DNA of 32,000 nt from Candidatus Saccharimonadota bacterium. GTDB taxonomy: Bacteria > Patescibacteriota > Gracilibacteria > BD1-5 > UBA6164. The notes under the pieces are model-generated. The model was not told the DNA's origin and ran no database searches. It saw only the letters and a program-made list of their open reading frames with translations. This document shows positions 27,361 to 32,000 of this stretch, piece by piece. The translations under genes were made by a program, and so were the position numbers. The DNA lies in assembly GCA_963677765.1 (NCBI GenBank), contig OY782392.1, positions 960,001-992,000 of the forward strand, written 5' to 3'. How positions within the stretch are numbered: the first letter of the stretch is position 1; every line of letters begins with the position of its first letter.

Positions 27361-30234
27361 ATGCAAAAAATTTATAAAATATTGGCAATATTAATGATAT
27401 TTTTTGTAGGTATTTTTCCTATAACGAATACATTTACTGCTGATTATACATGATACAATGTCTCTCCCGACATGGAAAATGTTCCATATCAAAATAAACT
27501 TGATTTATTTTTAAATAAAGTTTTAGAGTCTAGAAAAGATTTTACTAGTGAAAGAAATTATTTGGTTTTTGTTTCTAAAATAGAAACTAAATTAAATAAT
27601 CTTAATTCTAGTTATTCATGAAATGAAGAAATTAAACAAATGCTTGTTTATTTAGAAGAATGAATTAAAAATATTAGAAATATATCTAATCAAAATTGAG
27701 AATTAGATGACTTTTTTTGTGAATTATTCTGAGATTGTGATAATGTTAGTTGATCAACTATTGATAATTCATCTAGTACGGTTTCTACAGATACAAACAC
27801 AAATACAAGTAATAACAATAATTCTAATACAAATAATAATATAAATAGTTGTAAATGATATTGGGATAAACAATGAGGTGATATATTTTTAAGTGTAAAA
27901 AGTGACACTCCTGTTTTGGTTAAAAATAATATAAAAATAGATACTAGTAAACAATGTTTAGATTTATGTTTACAATCTTGATGAAGTAGTAATGAAAGAA
28001 AAGTTTGTGAGTTTAATTGACAAATAATTAAAAATGTAAGCACTAACACAAATACAAATACTAATACTAATACTAATACTAATACTAATACTAATACTAA
28101 TACTAATACTAATACTAATACTAATACTAATACTAATACTAATACTAATACTAATACTAATACTAATACTAATACTAATACTAATACTAATACTAATACT
28201 AATACTAATACTAATACTAATACTAATACTAATACTAATACTAATACTAATACTAATACTACAGAATATAATTATTTAAAATATTTATGAGTTAAATCAT
28301 ATAGTTGATGAGATTTTGATACTTTCAAGGTTAATATAAATTGATTTGAAGGTTGTAGTATATATAACTGTAGTTGATCAAGTGTTCCTACAAGAAATGA
28401 AAACTGAACTATAATAAGTTCATGTAATTGAACTACATCTACTAGTTGAGCAGAAAATAAATCTTTTGATAAGGAATTTATAGATACACAAAGAAGTAAT
28501 GATAATTATATTTCTATTCAATGTTACAGAGAATCATATATGAAGGATTGAAAAAAATATTATCAAACTAGCTCATGAGAATATATTTTAAATCCAACTA
28601 AAATTAGTGATATAAAAAGATCTCAAATTAACTTTAGTTGATTATCACAACCAACAAACACTTCAAATACTAATACAAATACAAACACAGATACAAATAC
28701 AAACACAGATACAAATACTAACACAGATACAAATACTAACACAAATACTAACACAAATACTAACACTAACACAAACTCTAATACTAATACTAATTCAACT
28801 GAAAGAGTTTTATCTTCATGATTTTGAAAAGTTGTTGAATATTATACTTGTTGAACTACTGAAACATGACCAAGTAAGAGAACTTATTTCTTTGATAAAG
28901 AAAAATGGGATTCTAGAAGTTCAGGTTCTATAGATGGTTCTAAATGACCTTGGATGAGTTGTGATTCTTGTTCATCTAGTTCTTCAGCTAATACACTTTG
29001 TTGAAATGATAAAATAACTGAATCAAGTAATGATTCATATACTAATATTTCTACTTCTCAAACATCAGTTAATATATCAAAAGAAACAGTTCCTAATTGA
29101 TGAGGTATAGTTACTTTGTATTGATATATTAAATCATGAGATAGTTGTAGATTATCATACTCTACTAAATGATCATGATGATCTAATTGATTAGTTGCAT
29201 GAAGAACTTTTTCTGCTACATACTTTGTTACTTCTAGTAGTTCTATAAGTGTAAATTGTAGTTCAAATAACTATAATTTTAAATTTATAGAAGAATGAGT
29301 TACAGGCGTTATGTGTGAATGATGAGAAAGTATTTGATGACATCAAATGACTGCATGAGAAAAATGATCTGTTGTAGAAAAAGTATTAGTTACATCAGAT
29401 TCTAAATGATATTATAGACAAACAACAAGCTTTAGATGTAATAATAACTTAACTTGGGAAATGGTTTCTTGAACTCAAGTTAAAAAATATACTAGTTGTA
29501 AAAGCTGATATACTTTATCTTGAACAAGCTGTATAATTTCAAGTTCTACTAGTACTCAATCTTCTTGATGAACAACTAATACTTCTAACACTGAAGAAAA
29601 ATTATGTTATATATATAAGTCTAATAATAATTGAACAACTTCAAGTATGGAAAGATGGTTGAGAACTAAATCTTACTGTGAAAATGAATGTAATAAAGCT
29701 GATACATCTTATACTTGTAAATGGGGTGATTCTGTAATCAGAAATTGAGTTAGTAGTTCTAAAACATTTTCACAAGCAGAAGTAAATACTTATGTTTACA
29801 ATGTATGATTGAGTAGTTATTATACTATTGCTACTGCTGTAAAAACTTTTGAATCACAATGATATACTTGAGTAAGATCACAAGTTGCTACCGCTATTTG
29901 ATTAAGTGAATCAGATGTAACTTGATATATTAATTGAATAAATTCAGGTACTATAAAAAAAGCAAATAATGATTTAAATTGTAGTATTGCAAAAGATCAA
30001 ATTTGAAGACTTTATTATAATGCATGAAGATGTCCTGATACATGATGATATAATTATTGGAAATGAGAACTATCAAAGTCTTCAATAACAGAAGTTACTA
30101 CACATTTTAACTGAGCTCTAGCTAGAGATTGCTTAGAGAAAACTTGAACAACTGATAAAACTATTTGTTTTAATAAAATGTTTTGTCCAACTTGATATAC
30201 TTATATTCCAAGAACTGACTCTTGTAGTAAATAA
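27361..30234 (+). CDS. Large secreted Cys-rich protein with three Thr/Asn(Asp) low-complexity linkers (957 aa)
   Basis: ATG 27361, TAA 30232-30234. The frame was checked codon by codon from 28261 to the end. Signal peptide MQKIYKILAILMIFFVGIFPITNTFTA. Dozens of Cys with recurring C-x2-GY-x6-C-like elements (SCKSGYTLSGTSC, FCPTGYTYIPRTDSC). Many N-x-S/T sites. No family recognised. Confidence 0.75.
28057..28260 (+). repeat. Perfect hexanucleotide microsatellite (AATACT)x34, in frame = (Asn-Thr)34
   Basis: 204 nt with no deviation from the 6-nt unit. Starts in phase with the ORF (28057-27361 = 696). Preceded by imperfect ACT AAC ACA AAT ACA units. Confidence 0.95.
28654..28800 (+). repeat. Imperfect Thr-Asn/Asp dipeptide repeat (degenerate ACN AAY/GAT units)
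   Basis: aca aac act tca aat act aat aca aat aca aac aca gat aca ... aat act aat tca act. 49 codons, same dipeptide theme as 28057-28260 but with many synonymous and N/D substitutions. Confidence 0.8.
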
Positions 30235-30259
30235 AAAAACACCTTTTATAGGTGTTTTT
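30235..30259 (+). terminator. Intrinsic terminator of the 957-aa gene
   Basis: aaaaacacct-tttat-aggtgttttt immediately after the stop. Confidence 0.65.
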
Positions 30260-30268
30260 TTGTAAAAT

Positions 30269-30297
30269 AAAAAGCCACTTATTATAAGTGGCTTTTT
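30269..30297 (-). terminator. Intrinsic terminator of the 63-aa gene
   Basis: Perfect 13-bp arms aaaaagccactta / taagtggcttttt with a 3-nt loop, 19 nt after the stop at 30316-30318. Confidence 0.65.
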
Positions 30298-30315
30298 AAG
30301 ATCAACGGATAAAAC

Positions 30316-30507
30316 TTATACTTTTATCCCTTGATCTCTTAGCTCTTGCTCATAGATTCTTTTTCTCTCTTCAGGATTTGGGATGTCTTGTTTGAAACTT
30401 CTACCTGTAGCTTCTTGGTATTTTTTGTTGTGACGATCCTTCCAGTGAGAGAATTTATTCCAGTTGCTTTGCAGACCTAGGTCCTCTTTTGTTTGCGAGT
30501 CGAGCAT
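30316..30507 (-). CDS. Hydrophilic 63-aa protein of unknown family in a self-contained expression cassette
   Basis: Track ORF MLDSQTKEDLGLQSNWNKFSHWKDRHNKKYQEATGRSFKQDIPNPEERKRIYEQELRDQGIKV. AGGAG at 30519-30515, 7 nt before the ATG. About 39% G+C (75 of 192 by hand count). No TGA; uses codons rare elsewhere in the window (CTC, GAC, TCG, CTG). Confidence 0.7.
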   Translation of the reverse strand: MLDSQTKEDLGLQSNWNKFSHWKDRHNKKYQEATGRSFKQDIPNPEERKRIYEQELRDQGIKV

Positions 30508-30555
30508 GATATTTCTCCTTTTTGATTGATGTTTACCCTCATGTGGGTATTATCT

Positions 30556-30585
30556 ATTATATATGAATTATCCTTGATTTGTCAA
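30556..30585 (-). promoter_or_regulatory. Near-consensus sigma70 promoter for the 63-aa gene
   Basis: Minus strand TTGACA (30585-30580), an 18-nt spacer, then TATAAT (30561-30556). Alternatively a 16-nt spacer to TATATA. Predicted 5' UTR of about 40 nt containing a short stem tacccacatgagggta. Confidence 0.55.
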
Positions 30586-30661
30586 TTTTTTATTAAAAAT
30601 TACTTCTTTACTTTTGAGTATTAATTTTTATTATTATTGTAATATTTAATAATCTAAGTAG

Positions 30662-31957
30662 ATGAAAAAAATTTATTTAATAGATTGAAATAGTTTTATA
30701 TATCGTATGTTTTTTGCTCTTCCAGAGTTTTCAACTACTGATTGAAAAATTGTTAATGCTTTATTTTGAATGGCTAAATTTTTTGTTTCAACATTGGTTA
30801 AAGAGAATCCAGATTATGTTGTTTTTGTTAAAGATGCAAAATGAGAAAATTTTCGTCATAAATTATATAGTGATTACAAAGCTACTAGAGATAGAATGCC
30901 AGATAACTTGAGATCTCAAATCATCGATATAGAGGAAATGATATCAAAAATGAATATTGATATTATTGAAATACCTTGATATGAAGCTGATGATGTTATA
31001 GGTACTCTTGCAACTGATCTTTGAAAAGATAAGGATAATGAAGTATATATATTATCAGGTGATAAAGATTTATATAGTTTAACAACTGATAATGTATTCA
31101 TTTATGATACAATGAAGAAGAAAACTTATAACTGAGAAAAAACTAGAGAAAAGTTTTGAATAGAATCAAAATTAATAATAGATTATTTAGCTATTGTTTG
31201 AGATAAGGCTGATAATATTCCAGGTATAGATTGATTTTGACCTAAAAAAGCTGTAGATTTAATCAATAATATTTGAACTGTAGAAAATATTTTAAAAGAG
31301 ATAGATTTAGTTGATTCATGAACTAAAACATTTAAAGATTATGATAAATCTATACAATCATGCTTTAAATGAAAAACATTTGAAAAATTAAATAATTCTA
31401 GGGAAGATGCTATATTAAGTAAAAAATTAGCAACTATTGAATTATGAGTTGAATTAGATAATTTTGAATTAGATAAATTTATTTTTAAATGAGATTCTAT
31501 ACTAAATACTGATGTAATTGAGTTTTTTAAAAAATATGAATTTAATTCTTTGTTATGAGATGACCATACAGAAAAATTACTTAACTTTGATGATTTAGGT
31601 CTAAAGGTTAATATAATTGATAACGATGATGAATTGAATAAATTATCAAGTTTAATACAAAAATATAATAGTATAACTCTAGATACTGAAACAACATCTT
31701 TGAATTATATAGAAGCTGAATTAGTATGAGTTTCTATATATCTAGATGATAATAATATTTATTATATAAATCGTTTACATGATTGAAAATCAGTTAGTGA
31801 TAATTCTTTATCTGATTTTTTAAAAAAACTATTAGAGTCTGATATATTGATTGTATGACATAATTTAAAATATGACTTACAAATATTGAATTTATATTTA
31901 GATTGAAACTATAAAAAATATAGTAATATTTCTTGACAAACTAGCTTAGATTTATAA
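30662..31957 (+). CDS. polA: DNA polymerase I N-terminal portion: 5'-nuclease domain plus the first half of the 3'-5' exonuclease domain (431 aa), ending at a TAA before any polymerase domain
   Basis: ATG 30662, TAA 31955-31957. IYLIDGNSFIYRMFFALP, VFVKDAKGENFRHKLYSDYKATRDRMPDNLRSQ, GYEADDVIGTLA, LSGDKDL, VGDKADNIPGIDGFGPKKA, then ExoI LDTETTSL and ExoII VGHNLKYDLQIL. No ExoIII or polymerase motifs before the stop. Only 43 nt of the window follow. Confidence 0.85.
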
Positions 31958-32000
31958 AATAAATATGATTTATTTAATATTAATTTATAGTAAAATATGA

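Noticed and set aside
27690-28049. Minus-strand 119-aa track ORF
   Set aside because: It is antisense to the 957-aa secreted-protein gene, which is open for 2.9 kb with a signal peptide. The product is leucine-rich antisense-type sequence.
28057-28260. Repeat array as CRISPR or a non-coding satellite
   Set aside because: The unit is only 6 nt with no spacers. The tract is exactly in frame within a long ORF that is open on both sides, so it is a coding microsatellite.
1-32000. Standard-code (table 11) reading, in which the window would be a graveyard of pseudogenes with only about 25 short ORFs
   Set aside because: The TGA interruptions never shift frame, and they fall on invariant Gly positions of many unrelated families. 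All genes close with TAA/TAG at lengths divisible by 3. Decay would also produce frameshifts and TAA/TAG stops; I saw only one internal TAA, in the RNB gene.
1-32000. Mycoplasma/Spiroplasma-type code 4 (TGA = Trp), suggested by the very low G+C
   Set aside because: P-loop GxxGxGKT, RGGGGS, LHDIGK, GIY-YIG, DGLDGLAGG and GRLDxDTTG all require Gly at the TGA positions. Conserved Trp residues in the same genes are TGG. Paralogue alignment shows TGA exchanging with GGA/GGT. One TGA near the C-terminus of the Dps-like gene could by eye align with a Trp common in Dps proteins, but a single tentative case does not outweigh the rest.
1-32000. tRNA, rRNA, tmRNA or other structured RNA genes
   Set aside because: No stretch of 70 nt or more with elevated G+C or a cloverleaf-like arrangement was seen in any intergenic region. 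The intergenic regions are short and dominated by AT hairpins. A covariance-model scan (tRNAscan-SE, Infernal) would be needed to be certain.

Overview
AT-rich (about 20-25% G+C by eye) bacterial chromosomal window that only makes sense under genetic code 25 (TGA = Gly). The supplied standard-code track shows only short scattered ORFs. Reading TGA as sense gives 35 tightly packed genes covering about 92% of the window by my coordinates. Of the 34 genes whose stop is visible, 33 end in TAA and 1 in TAG. TGA sits on invariant glycines: Walker A GEPGTGKT, XseA RGGGGS, HD-domain LHDIGK, UvrC GIY..YIG and MraY DGLDGLAGG. The source is therefore a Gracilibacteria (BD1-5) / Absconditabacteria (SR1)-type Patescibacteria (CPR) genome.

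Gene content:
- Housekeeping and DNA-repair genes: xseB-xseA, uvrC, xth, tatD, the 5' part of polA, an RNB exoribonuclease, tilS, an rsuA-like gene, grpE, mraY, mtnN and two tandem dcd paralogues.
- Secreted cell-wall-active proteins: two tandem 3D-domain/PG-binding paralogues, an M14 carboxypeptidase and a glucosaminidase.
- A 957-aa Cys-rich secreted protein carrying a perfect in-frame (AATACT)34 microsatellite.
- A two-gene AAA+ ATPase operon and several orphan genes.

Most notable beyond the code:
1. Four small self-contained cassettes (a proteobacterial-looking csrA, the glucosaminidase, a 63-aa protein and a 39-aa membrane peptide) are TGA-free and have strong AGGAG Shine-Dalgarno sites. 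Three of them are also clearly G+C-elevated. None of the other 31 genes has a recognisable SD.
2. A single in-frame TAA interrupts an otherwise intact RNB exoribonuclease.
3. One of the tandem dcd genes has Gln at the position I align to the catalytic Glu.
4. A 97-aa protein ends in an SSB-type acidic tip (..EDIPF) but has no recognisable SSB OB sequence.
5. Candidate operators lie upstream of the Dps-like gene (Fur-family 7-1-7 type) and upstream of dcd (tandem 20-bp units).

I saw no rRNA, tRNA, CRISPR, transposase or integrase. All protein calls come from hand translation and remembered family motifs, not from database searches.
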